Sequence record: JX128257
Origin: Escherichia phage ECML-4
Direction: 5' to 3' (one strand)
DNA: 64,000 nucleotides
Below, in pieces: positions 16,267 to 25,886 of this stretch. The first letter of the stretch is position 1. Each line of letters starts with the position of its first letter. Under the pieces are notes generated by a model. That model saw nothing but the letters and a program-made list of their open reading frames with translations, made no database searches and had not been told where the DNA came from. Position numbers and translations under genes: made by a program.

Positions 16267-18047
16267 TGGCCACGCAAACAGTTCCTTCACTCGACGTCAG
16301 AGCCTTTGAGTACATTATCAAACAGCGAATGAAAGCTGATCCCACCTTTAAAGATTATGACTTTGAAGGTTCCGGTCTTAGTGCTATTATTCGTTTGTTG
16401 GCATCTGATGCGAACGCCATAGCCTTTATGCAGAACATGCTTAATGGTGAAGGCCATTTAAAAACAGCAAATCAACGTTCTAATGTTGGTTTGTCTGCTG
16501 CTTTTCTTTCTTACACCCCCGACAACTATCGGGCGGCATACATGTATGCCAACATCAAAGTAACGCCGTATGACGCTAGCACAGCTCCTAATGAGATCAT
16601 TATGGACCGCCGTGTGATGTTCGTTGGTGCAAAAGATGGTAGTTCCTACAACTTTACTGTTGAGAACCCCGTGTCCGCCACGTTGACTGCAGACGGTTAT
16701 TACATGTTCAACAATGTAAAGCTGATTCAGGGTAACTGGTTGTACAAGACTTATGATGTTGAAGGAAGCGCGATTTCGACTTATACGATACCTTCGGAAA
16801 ATGTTGATATCAATCATCTGGTCGTACAGGTACAGGAATCAGAGTCCTCTGATGTTTCAACGACATACCAGAGATACAACAGTCCATTTGACCTGAGCCA
16901 ATATGCCTACCTGTATTTCGTAGAATTAGGCATTGACGGTCTGTATGTGTTTGAATTCGGAGATGGTTATCTTTCGCGTCGAGTAGAAGATGGCAACGTC
17001 ATATTCCTTCAATACTTGGAAACTTCTGGTGCTGATGGAAATGACATCACAAGCCTGTCGTCAGCGTCTTCCATAGGCGGGTTTAACCAAGTTGATGTAG
17101 AATTAGTTTCCGAACGTAGCGCGGGCGGGGACAATCCGGAATCCATTGAAGACACCAAACGGTTGGCTCCTTTAGCTTATCAGGCTGATGGTGCTGCGGT
17201 TACAGAAACCGATTATGGCGTATTGACCGAAAGGTTATTCTCCAACGTCGCCCGTGCTAAATCATATGGCGGTGATACGCTTTCCCCTCCGGATTCTGGT
17301 TACGTTTATATCGCTGTGATACCATCTGTTGGGGAGACTCTTTCAGACGCAGAGAAGGCTGATATCGTTGCCGCGTTGGACAAATACAACGTTGGGTCCA
17401 TCACCCCCAAAGTAGTAGATTCTGAGATCACATATATCCAAGTCGCCACGACTATATTTTGGGATCCGACTTCAACGGTTTATGTTGAAGAACAAATGAA
17501 AGTGGTGGTGGGTAATAGTATCACCAAATGGGGTGAAAACAATCTCGGCGGTTTTGATCAGTTATTCGACAAAGAGATATTGCAGGAAGCAATTACGAAA
17601 ATGGAACGTTCCATTAACTCAAATATCACGTCTGTCGGTTATAAACGTCATTTCAAACCTGATTATGGTGTGTTGGATAGCTTTACTTTCAGTTATGGGA
17701 GAAGCATTAAACCTGGTTCTGTGAAAATAACAGGGTTTAAACCGCTTCCGGCCGAAGTTGATTTCACATATTATATGCGCGATGACAATGGCGATTTGAA
17801 CATGTATAAAGTGAACAACAACGACACCACTAAAGAATTTTTGGTTCAAAAGACTGGTGTTGTGGATTACGCCAACGGCGTCGTAGATCTTCAGCAGATT
17901 ACGGTTTCAAACTATAATACTGAAGGAGTAACGATCGTTGTGCTACCAGATGGCCTGAATCAGAATATACAGGCTTCACAAAACCAGGTATTCAAAATCG
18001 GTGATGTGGTTGTTACGCCAGAGGTGCGCTATGTCCAAAGATCTTAA
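16267..18047 (+). CDS. baseplate wedge protein (T4 gp6-like)
   Basis: Shares the DYDFEGS motif and general collinearity with remembered T4 gp6; start ATG 16267 after GGAG. First gene of the late structural block. Confidence 0.7.
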
Positions 18048-18885
18048 TAATGGTCACAATGGGGTTAAGTATGAAACCCCGTTGTTTTACCAAAACGATT
18101 TTCCTCTGTTCATCGAGTTCATGGACACGTTCTTTAATTGGCTGTATCGGCAGCAGGGCTTCACTCAAGAAGAAATTTTGGCATATCTGGCAGACACTTC
18201 GAGTTGGATGAATCCTGAGAGTGAAGATTCACCTGTTAAACAACTCATAGATTTAAAGGCCGACAAAACGCCAGGTTCTGAAGCCAAAGATTATTTGTCA
18301 GATAAATTTTTGGTCAGAACATTTGAGAACATGATGGCTCTTGATGCCGAGATGCTGCTAGACGCTGATGGAAGGCCGTTGCTTTCTATTGAAGACAAGA
18401 ACAAGCAGATAGACGACTGGTATAATGATTTTGGGTTTCAACGAACTGTCGATAAATCATTTCAAGAATTTGGACATTTTATTCCAGTCGGTTCGGATTC
18501 TTTATTGACGGCCACGGGCGATACGTTCTCTGTTTATATTGAAGGAACTAAACGAAGAACTCTGGATCATCCGCGTTGGCTGAAATTGTTGAAACACATC
18601 TATAAAATACGTGGAACAAAGAAAGCGATTGAATTGTTCTTTTGGATATATTTCGGTTGTCCAGTCAGCGTCTATTTTACGAAAGAAGACATAGGCGGAC
18701 TGGACGGAAATTTTGAATGTGACGGCACGACAGGGATGCGTGATGATTACTATTATGATGAATACACTTATGTTATAGGAGTCCCAGGCGACGTATCTGA
18801 TTTTGAAGGTGTGTTTGAGCGCGTCTTCCGTCAGCATTTCCATCCTGCTGGATTTACTGTATTCCTAGAAAGCACAAGGAGCTAA
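18031..18885 (+). CDS. putative baseplate protein (285 aa)
   Basis: ATG 18031 overlapping the gp6-like 3-prime end; position between gp6-like gene and fibre genes; no motif recognised. Confidence 0.45.
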   Translation: MSKDLNNGHNGVKYETPLFYQNDFPLFIEFMDTFFNWLYRQQGFTQEEILAYLADTSSWMNPESEDSPVKQLIDLKADKTPGSEAKDYLSDKFLVRTFENMMALDAEMLLDADGRPLLSIEDKNKQIDDWYNDFGFQRTVDKSFQEFGHFIPVGSDSLLTATGDTFSVYIEGTKRRTLDHPRWLKLLKHIYKIRGTKKAIELFFWIYFGCPVSVYFTKEDIGGLDGNFECDGTTGMRDDYYYDEYTYVIGVPGDVSDFEGVFERVFRQHFHPAGFTVFLESTRS

Positions 18886-18887
18886 AA

Positions 18888-20078
18888 ATGGCCGATTTCC
18901 TGAGTCAATATACAGGTCAGCAGATAGATCAGATATTGGGTTCTGTTGATGACAAAGTAAGTAAAAATGACGTTATTAACGATTTTGAAGTTAACGACCC
19001 GTTGTTTCCACCATCTGCTCGCCTGACTTATGAGTTGAAAAGGTCTGTGGATACGATTAATGATACCCTGACCAACAAAGTTATAAGAACGGATAGTGGC
19101 GAACAGACAATCAACGGTAAGAAGACATTTAATGCGCTGTTGGTTACTAACGGGGGAATCCAAGTCCCCACTGGGAAATCTGTTTCAATCGCGGACGAAC
19201 CAACCAACTCAACAGACGGTGTCAACCTGAGTATGTTGAGGAAACATGGTGTCAGTGAAGACACCGCGCCAGATGGGTCTGGTTTGGCTGGGGAATTATT
19301 GACTTCCGGATATTACAAATTCAAACTGGATTTTAACAGATTGGCTGCGTATACGGAATTAACTCTCCCAACATCAGTTCCCGTGCAAACAGATTCTGGA
19401 GTTCGCACATGGTCAATGACTGCATTTTTTAATGCGTTATTTGCCGACGACCGTTTTAACGGTTATGTAACGACGACCACGTATGATGCCGACATGTTGA
19501 GTCTGGAGTCTCAGCTTAACAATATCAACACGACGTTGAACGGCAAAGTCAACACGTCAACTTACAACACAAAAATGGCTTCGTTGGATTTGAGTATATC
19601 CAACATTAACACATCTTTGAGCAACAAGGTTGAGGTCAGCACATATAATACGAAGATGACTTCCTTGGACGGCAGTATCAGTTCTCTCACGACTGGTAAG
19701 GTCGATGTATCAACGTATAATGCCAAAATGACCACAATTGATAACAGTTTGGGGAACGCTGTTTATCGCACCAAAACAAACTTGTCATCACTGACAGTAT
19801 CGGCTTCTGGAACAACAGCTCTGCCAGACTTTGATTTGGTGAAACTTTGCCAGATATTGGTAACAGCACAATGGGGTACAGGAGATGTCGTAGACACATA
19901 TCGTGTCACCATAACTCGAGACGGGACGATTAAGTCTGAGCTGCTGATCCAGAAAAGTACGAGCGGAACTGTGACGTTTACGGGTTCTGTAGTTGGTGGG
20001 AAACTGAGGATTTCTGTTGTCAATGCCAATACGACAACACCTTGCTCAGTCGATTATTCTATTACAGCATCTTTCTAA
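18888..20078 (+). CDS. fibre-like protein with tandem roughly 20-aa repeats
   Basis: Repeats such as VNTSTYNTKMASLDLSISN / VEVSTYNTKMTSLDGSISS / VDVSTYNAKMTTIDNSLGN; ATGGCC start 3 nt after the upstream stop. Confidence 0.55.
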   Translation: MADFLSQYTGQQIDQILGSVDDKVSKNDVINDFEVNDPLFPPSARLTYELKRSVDTINDTLTNKVIRTDSGEQTINGKKTFNALLVTNGGIQVPTGKSVSIADEPTNSTDGVNLSMLRKHGVSEDTAPDGSGLAGELLTSGYYKFKLDFNRLAAYTELTLPTSVPVQTDSGVRTWSMTAFFNALFADDRFNGYVTTTTYDADMLSLESQLNNINTTLNGKVNTSTYNTKMASLDLSISNINTSLSNKVEVSTYNTKMTSLDGSISSLTTGKVDVSTYNAKMTTIDNSLGNAVYRTKTNLSSLTVSASGTTALPDFDLVKLCQILVTAQWGTGDVVDTYRVTITRDGTIKSELLIQKSTSGTVTFTGSVVGGKLRISVVNANTTTPCSVDYSITASF

Positions 20079-20080
20079 AA

Positions 20081-20120
20081 CTAAATACCCCTAGATGACA
20101 TGAATACATTTAGGGGTATT
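20081..20120 (+). promoter_or_regulatory. late-promoter-like CTAAATA box embedded in 10-bp inverted repeat
   Basis: CTAAATACCCCTA ... TAGGGGTATT immediately upstream of ATG 20125. Confidence 0.5.
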
Positions 20121-20124
20121 ACAA

Positions 20125-23100
20125 ATGGCCAACAAACCAACACAGCCTCTTTTCCCTTTGGGTTTAGAAACTTCGGAGTCTTCGAACATAAAAGGCTTCA
20201 ACAACTCCGGCACCATAGAGCATTCCCCTGGTGCAATATTGACGTTCCCTGAAGATACTGATGTTGCGGGTCTCCCATCTTCTGTGCGTTACAATCCTGA
20301 TAGTGATGAATTCGAAGGTTATTACGAAAATGGCGGGTGGTTGTCTTTGGGCGGCGGTGGAATACGCTGGGAAACGCTCCCATACGCTCCCTCCAGCAAT
20401 CTGTTAGAAGGGCGCGGCTATCTCATTAATAACTCCACTGGGACTTCTACGGTGGTTCTTCCTTCCCCTACGCGCGTTGGTGACTCGGTTACAATTTGTG
20501 ATGCCTATGGTAAATTCGCGACGTATCCATTGACCGTATCTCCAGCGGGAAATAACCTGTACGGCTCCACCGAAGATATGACGATATCCACCGATAACGT
20601 GTCGGCGACTTTCACTTGGTCTGGTGCTGAGCAGGGTTGGGTTGTTACATCTGGTGTTGGCCTCGGTCAAGGTCGTGTGTACAGTCGAGAGATTTTCACT
20701 CAAATTTTAGCATCTGATACAAATGAAGTGACTCTCAACATCCCTCCGACAATTGTGGACGTGTACACTGATGGGAAACGCCTTACAGAATCCAAATATT
20801 CTTTAAATGGAAACGTAATCACTTTCGACCCTTCTTTACCTGCTGGCACTGAATTGCAGGTAATAGAATATACTCCGATTCAGTTAGGTACTGGCGGCGG
20901 GGGTTCGGGCGCTTCTGCAATCACCTGGATTTACAATGGCGGATCCGCTATCGGCGGCGAAACCGAAATAACGCTAGACATCGTTGTAGATGATGTTCCG
21001 GCTATTGATATAAACGGGTCTCGTCAGTACAAAAATCTTGGATTCACGTTCGACCCATTGACGAGTAAAATCACTCTGACGCAAGAACTGGAACCAGAAG
21101 ATGAAGTTGTTGTGGTTATAAATGGGACACCAAACATCTATAACCAGATCGATCGTTCTTTACAGGAAGTTGCTCGCGCCTACAATTTTACAAATGCTCA
21201 AGTTATTTTGAGCAACGATTATACTTCTGTGCTGGATAATAAAGTCGTTATTTATGATACGACATCCCAACGTTCTTGGGGGATTCCATCTGGAATTCCA
21301 GCAGGTTCTACAGTGGTTTCCGTCAATGGGGATCAACTGAAATACAAAAATGGATCAACTGAAACCACTGTTACATTGGTGAGCGTACCAGGTAGTGCAG
21401 AGAAGTTGAAGAACGATCTGGCGTCGAACTCTGGCGCGGGTATGTTGAAAACTTCTAGAGGTGATACCGTAGAAGAAGAATTGACTTTTATTAATCAGAA
21501 TATGGTCGTTCAAATTTCAGATTTCGCGAGCCTTAGAACTTTAGTGCCAGCCACAGCGGGCATCCGAGTCAAATTGAAAGGTTATTATTCTGGTTCTGAA
21601 ATTGGTGGCGGAGAATTCATTTCCGTCGCTGGTGATGCTGTTGATGATGCTGGGATGATTGCTCGAGTGTCAAGCAGCTTCTATTGGAAGAGAATTATCG
21701 ACAAACATATTACTCCTGGTATGTATGGCATCAAAGGGAATCTTCCAGAAGATCCGGCAGTGAAACTGAACGCTATGTTTGCGGCTGCGGCTGCGGCTAA
21801 CGCTTATGTCTTACTGAACGATGTCGATACTCTGGTCTGTAAAAGCCCTGTCGTGATCCCAGCACATTCATTAGTGTACGGCAACAAGCGGACCATATTG
21901 AAACGTGATGCATCGTTGTCATATGCTAATGATTTCTTGACAATTATGAATGATTCATATGTCAAGGGGATCTATGTTGATGGTAGCCGTTTAGATTCTC
22001 AGACTCCGCTAGAAGCAGTTTTGGTGCGCATCGCTGGGAATGTGACTATCCATAAGAGCGAGATCCGAAACAATGCTGGCTATGGCGTTGTTGGTAACGC
22101 AGTCCCTGGCATTCGTATCACCAAGAACATTTTTTCCAACTTCGCCAAAGGTTGTGTGGCTATGTTTGGTGACGGAACGGCGACGAGTGATGATCTGCAA
22201 ATTAATGATAACAGATTCTTTAACCTGGGCGCGGGAACCATTTATGTTGGCGGTTACTCAAACTTCCTTGTCGACAAAAACGTCGGAAGAGGCACTTACG
22301 TGGGTTCTCCAGGAAACCGTCTGTATGTTGTGACCAATACCAACGGGACTATCACCCAAAGCGCTGGGCCAGATTTTGGGGCGCTGAAAACGGGTATGTT
22401 CTTTGTATTGCCTGGTGGTTCTGAACATATGATAACGGCAGTCAACAGCCTTACAAGTGTGACAGTAACCCCAGCACCTCCGTCGAATGCAACGGTTCGT
22501 GCAATTGCTGGGACAGGGGATCTTCTGGGCATCCAATCATGCTCCTACGGCACCATCAGCCGTAACAACCTGACCGATTGTGTGACTTACGGAACTGGTG
22601 GAGGCACGATGGAGGGGAGCACTCTGGGGTGCAATTATGTCACATGGGAAGACAACTTCATCCGCAACACAGGTAAGAACGGAATCAACGTCGGGCAATC
22701 AGGCGCTGGGGTCGCCACGTGTTCAATCCTGAGGAACACTCTGATACAGGTTGGTAACGGCGGTCAGGGTGTTGGCCCAGCGTATCTTCTGCCTTGGTTC
22801 GATACGGTAGGTATTGCTCTGTATCAGGGAAACCCAGGTTATATGGCGAATATGGACGTCAGTGATAACAACGTCTCTACATGGTCTGGCGATCTGAATG
22901 ACGGCGCTGCTTGGTTTGGTATGAGCGGTTGTACGGAAGCCACTGTGACTTGTACAGGCAACAAATCTTCTGGTTATTCCGACGGCTATGTTCGTGGAGA
23001 TATATTAGAAGTCACGTTGACAGGTTATGGTACAGGGGCGGCTGCGACTTCATTCGTTAGTGATGGTGAGTCTATACAGATAACTGTTCAAACAGGTACT

Positions 23101-23298
23101 TCACCAACAGCTTCTCCTTATTTTTCAGTGCGGAAGGCGATCCGCACCCGCCATCAACCGATGATAACGGCGCAGATCGTCACCACAACTGGGAACATGT
23201 CTCATTGTTGGGGTATGCAATCTAGTACAGCAGGAAATTGGATGGTGGGTCAGAATACAACTCCTTCAGGGGTCACGACGTATTACGCAAAAGGGTAA
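20125..23298 (+). CDS. tailspike protein with large N-terminal assembly region and beta-helix-like domain (1057 aa)
   Basis: N-terminal block shared with the 926-aa tailspike (DRSLQEVARAYNFTNAQVILSNDYTSVLDNKVVIYDTTSQRSWGIP vs DRSIQEIARSANVKDSEVIVSTDTISLLDGKKVVYDIAAQTSYGLP); Gly/Asn-rich repetitive C-terminal region typical of beta-helix depolymerases. Confidence 0.7.
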   Translation: MANKPTQPLFPLGLETSESSNIKGFNNSGTIEHSPGAILTFPEDTDVAGLPSSVRYNPDSDEFEGYYENGGWLSLGGGGIRWETLPYAPSSNLLEGRGYLINNSTGTSTVVLPSPTRVGDSVTICDAYGKFATYPLTVSPAGNNLYGSTEDMTISTDNVSATFTWSGAEQGWVVTSGVGLGQGRVYSREIFTQILASDTNEVTLNIPPTIVDVYTDGKRLTESKYSLNGNVITFDPSLPAGTELQVIEYTPIQLGTGGGGSGASAITWIYNGGSAIGGETEITLDIVVDDVPAIDINGSRQYKNLGFTFDPLTSKITLTQELEPEDEVVVVINGTPNIYNQIDRSLQEVARAYNFTNAQVILSNDYTSVLDNKVVIYDTTSQRSWGIPSGIPAGSTVVSVNGDQLKYKNGSTETTVTLVSVPGSAEKLKNDLASNSGAGMLKTSRGDTVEEELTFINQNMVVQISDFASLRTLVPATAGIRVKLKGYYSGSEIGGGEFISVAGDAVDDAGMIARVSSSFYWKRIIDKHITPGMYGIKGNLPEDPAVKLNAMFAAAAAANAYVLLNDVDTLVCKSPVVIPAHSLVYGNKRTILKRDASLSYANDFLTIMNDSYVKGIYVDGSRLDSQTPLEAVLVRIAGNVTIHKSEIRNNAGYGVVGNAVPGIRITKNIFSNFAKGCVAMFGDGTATSDDLQINDNRFFNLGAGTIYVGGYSNFLVDKNVGRGTYVGSPGNRLYVVTNTNGTITQSAGPDFGALKTGMFFVLPGGSEHMITAVNSLTSVTVTPAPPSNATVRAIAGTGDLLGIQSCSYGTISRNNLTDCVTYGTGGGTMEGSTLGCNYVTWEDNFIRNTGKNGINVGQSGAGVATCSILRNTLIQVGNGGQGVGPAYLLPWFDTVGIALYQGNPGYMANMDVSDNNVSTWSGDLNDGAAWFGMSGCTEATVTCTGNKSSGYSDGYVRGDILEVTLTGYGTGAAATSFVSDGESIQITVQTGTSPTASPYFSVRKAIRTRHQPMITAQIVTTTGNMSHCWGMQSSTAGNWMVGQNTTPSGVTTYYAKG

Positions 23299-23306
23299 TA
23301 TTGAAT

Positions 23307-23345
23307 GCCTAAATACCCCATATTGGTCATCCTTTATGGGGTATT
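23307..23345 (+). promoter_or_regulatory. late-promoter-like CTAAATA box embedded in 11-bp perfect inverted repeat
   Basis: AATACCCCATA (23312-23322) and TATGGGGTATT (23335-23345), 3 nt before ATG 23349. Confidence 0.55.
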
Positions 23346-23348
23346 ATC

Positions 23349-25232
23349 ATGATTTCTCAATTCAATCAACCACGCGGCTCCACTTCCATAGAAGTTAACA
23401 AACAATCTATCGCTCGAAATTTCGGTGTCAAAGAAGACGAAGTCATTTATTTCACTGCTGGTATTGATCTCAGTGGATTTAAAGTAATTTATGATGAGTC
23501 TACCCAACGGGCTTATTCTCTCCCTTTCGGTATTGTTTCAGGGACAACTGCAATTAGTCTGGATGAAAGAGCTATCCTCACTCATTCCGCTGGCTCTGTT
23601 GACCTTGGGGAATTAGCAGTAAGCCGCGAAGAATATGTGACTTTACCTGGTTCTTTTAATTTCGGCCATACCATTAATGTGAAAAATGAACTTCTTGTTC
23701 ACGATGATAAAAAATATCGATGGGATGGCACATTACCTAAAGTTGTTCCTGTTGGATCAACTCCTACAACAACTGGGGGAATTGGGGTTGGTGCATGGTT
23801 GAGTGTTGGTGATGCATCGCTACGTGGTGAATTATTTTCAGAATACATCTTATACAAAACACCTCAGGCATTTGGTGCTATTGGTGATGGAGTTGCTGAT
23901 GACACTTTATCACTGCAAGATGCAATGGATTACTGTCAGGTTCACAACGAGAAACTTGTTATCCCATCAGGACGCTATCGAATCACCAAGCCACTGCTAT
24001 ATCGCAACCAGGGTTTTTATAACTATGAGATTGAAGGGCAGGGAGGTGCTGCTGTAATCATCATGGATTCTCTGGAAAAAACTGGAATTACTGCTCCTGA
24101 TGCCTTTGGCGATGATTTTAACGTTAACGCAGCGATGGTAGTTCTGAATGACACTAACCAGAGTAAGTATTGCCGCATTAGTGGATTGCGTTTCGAATCA
24201 CCAGTTGGTGCTGAATATGCTATTTATGTTGGTCAGGCAGAAAATACGTATATCCATGACTGCTTCTGGACTGGTTTCACCTTTGGGTGGTATGACCTTG
24301 GATCATGGGTTACACGCGTAGAACGCTGTATTGCCAGGGATATTGTAGATACTGGGTTCTTTAAGAAAAATGGCACCAGTACCTACATAGCTGAGTGTTA
24401 TGCAGACAGGATGATGCGAGGGTATTACCTCGGGGGTGGGTATTCGGCTATCATAAATTGTGCTTGCGATTTAACCACTCGCTGGGGGTTCTATCTATAT
24501 GGTGGTAGGACTGGTTCTGATTTAGCAACATTCTCTATTAAAGGTTGTGGTTCAGAGCAGTCTGGAACTGATTCTGTATTTTATGTTGACGGGCTAGTTG
24601 CGCTGTCTATAGAGGACCACAACGCAGGTAATGACCCAACTGTTCAACCAGCACCTGCTGCGTTGCTTAGCATGGCTTCGAATACATCATATTCACAAGT
24701 GGTGCTGAAAAATATTAGGACAGTAAATGTGGATACATTAATTTTGGATTCTGCTGACCATAATTATTTTGATTTAACAAATGTCACATGCCGCAGCGAG
24801 ATGTCGAAAGAATTTTATCTCGGTACGAATTCAAGAGTTTTAAAAAGGTCATATGATGGTGAAAGATTCATTACTAGCAACGACCAAGTTGGCATTGGCT
24901 TTGCGGAGTCTGATATTGTTGATGGATGGACAGATCTCACTTTGTCTGGACTAAGAAATGGACAATTTATAATTAGGAGGACTGTAAGCATACCCAGAAC
25001 TTCAGGGGATGCTGGGGCGGTAACTATCACGATGCCATTAAATATGGATACGAATTATACCGTAGCTGCCACTCTGGAGGGTGAATTTAGTCAACTGCAA
25101 TCCATTTGCCCTGTGTTCAGTGTTACAGATAAAACATCATCTAGTTTTTCTTTGTGTGCATCGTCTGCAAAGAATAATACAACATGGTCAGCTATAGATG
25201 TTGAGGTGATTATATATGGGCTGAAATCGTAA
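23349..25232 (+). CDS. tailspike protein (627 aa)
   Basis: N-terminal about 150 aa shared with the 744-aa tailspike (MISQFNQPRGSTSIEVNKQSIARNFG vs MNPQFAQPKGSTSKESNKDSIARKFG; YRWDGTLPKVVP vs YRWNGSLPKVVP). Confidence 0.7.
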   Translation: MISQFNQPRGSTSIEVNKQSIARNFGVKEDEVIYFTAGIDLSGFKVIYDESTQRAYSLPFGIVSGTTAISLDERAILTHSAGSVDLGELAVSREEYVTLPGSFNFGHTINVKNELLVHDDKKYRWDGTLPKVVPVGSTPTTTGGIGVGAWLSVGDASLRGELFSEYILYKTPQAFGAIGDGVADDTLSLQDAMDYCQVHNEKLVIPSGRYRITKPLLYRNQGFYNYEIEGQGGAAVIIMDSLEKTGITAPDAFGDDFNVNAAMVVLNDTNQSKYCRISGLRFESPVGAEYAIYVGQAENTYIHDCFWTGFTFGWYDLGSWVTRVERCIARDIVDTGFFKKNGTSTYIAECYADRMMRGYYLGGGYSAIINCACDLTTRWGFYLYGGRTGSDLATFSIKGCGSEQSGTDSVFYVDGLVALSIEDHNAGNDPTVQPAPAALLSMASNTSYSQVVLKNIRTVNVDTLILDSADHNYFDLTNVTCRSEMSKEFYLGTNSRVLKRSYDGERFITSNDQVGIGFAESDIVDGWTDLTLSGLRNGQFIIRRTVSIPRTSGDAGAVTITMPLNMDTNYTVAATLEGEFSQLQSICPVFSVTDKTSSSFSLCASSAKNNTTWSAIDVEVIIYGLKS

Positions 25233-25270
25233 TTATTGTATTAAATAAATAACTTATCTTTTATTAAAAA

Positions 25271-25297
25271 ACCCCGCTTCGGTGGGGTTAGTTTTTA
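25271..25297 (+). terminator. rho-independent terminator
   Basis: ACCCCGC-TTCG-GTGGGGT followed by TAGTTTTT, downstream of the 627-aa tailspike gene. Confidence 0.6.
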
Positions 25298-25399
25298 GAA
25301 GTTGTTGATGGTAATCGGCGATGATTGCTCATTTTGTTTTGGGTAATTCTTCGATCTTCAGTCGTTAAACGCCATCATTGCTGCTTCCCATCCCAGCGC

Positions 25400-25414
25400 C
25401 ACACACACACACAC
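25400..25414. repeat. (CA)7 dinucleotide microsatellite in intergenic region
   Basis: CACACACACACACAC read directly at 25400-25414. Confidence 0.9.
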
Positions 25415-25531
25415 TATGCATCCGGCATTTAAAGATGCGGAAAGGTAATCAATCTGGCCTTCCTCCCAATCGCTAATTGTGTGGTCTTTCCTCTTGCTTC
25501 TGGTGTTTCTTTGTCCGGCGCTGGGAATTAT

Positions 25532-25831
25532 ATGGTAATTTCGGGAAACACGTTGATGGCTAATAACCCATCTGCGCCTGAAAATATAACTTTGTATCAG
25601 GTCACAGGTGCGCAGAGTTGGGTGGCCCATTATGAAACTATCAGATGTGTTCGAAATGATTTCAAATCTGCGCTGTTGGCGATTAATGCAACAGGGACAG
25701 CACAATCTGGTTTGAGTACTACCAATAAATTCTGGTTCGGGGATAACGCGACGATCAATACCACGGTTGTTTGTACTTATCCTGCTGGCAACAAAGCCAA
25801 CACCGATATCACTCAGACAGTTTCAGTTTAA
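25532..25831 (+). CDS. small Ser/Thr/Asn-rich protein (start uncertain)
   Basis: Track ORF 25481..25831 begins at GTG; first in-frame ATG at 25532. Composition resembles fibre-type domains. Confidence 0.3.
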   Translation: MVISGNTLMANNPSAPENITLYQVTGAQSWVAHYETIRCVRNDFKSALLAINATGTAQSGLSTTNKFWFGDNATINTTVVCTYPAGNKANTDITQTVSV

Positions 25832-25842
25832 ATTGAATTGAG

Positions 25843-25881
25843 CCTAAATACCCCATATTGGCAAATCCTTTATGGGGTATT
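25843..25881 (+). promoter_or_regulatory. late-promoter-like CTAAATA box embedded in 11-bp perfect inverted repeat
   Basis: AATACCCCATA (25847-25857) and TATGGGGTATT (25871-25881); same arms as the element at 23312-23345. Confidence 0.55.
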
Positions 25882-25886
25882 TTCAA

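Noticed and set aside
25358-25705. Minus-strand 115-aa ORF spanning the CA microsatellite
   Set aside because: The translation (VCVCV) derives from the dinucleotide repeat, it overlaps a plus-strand ORF in a plus-strand gene block, and it has no RBS; likely spurious.
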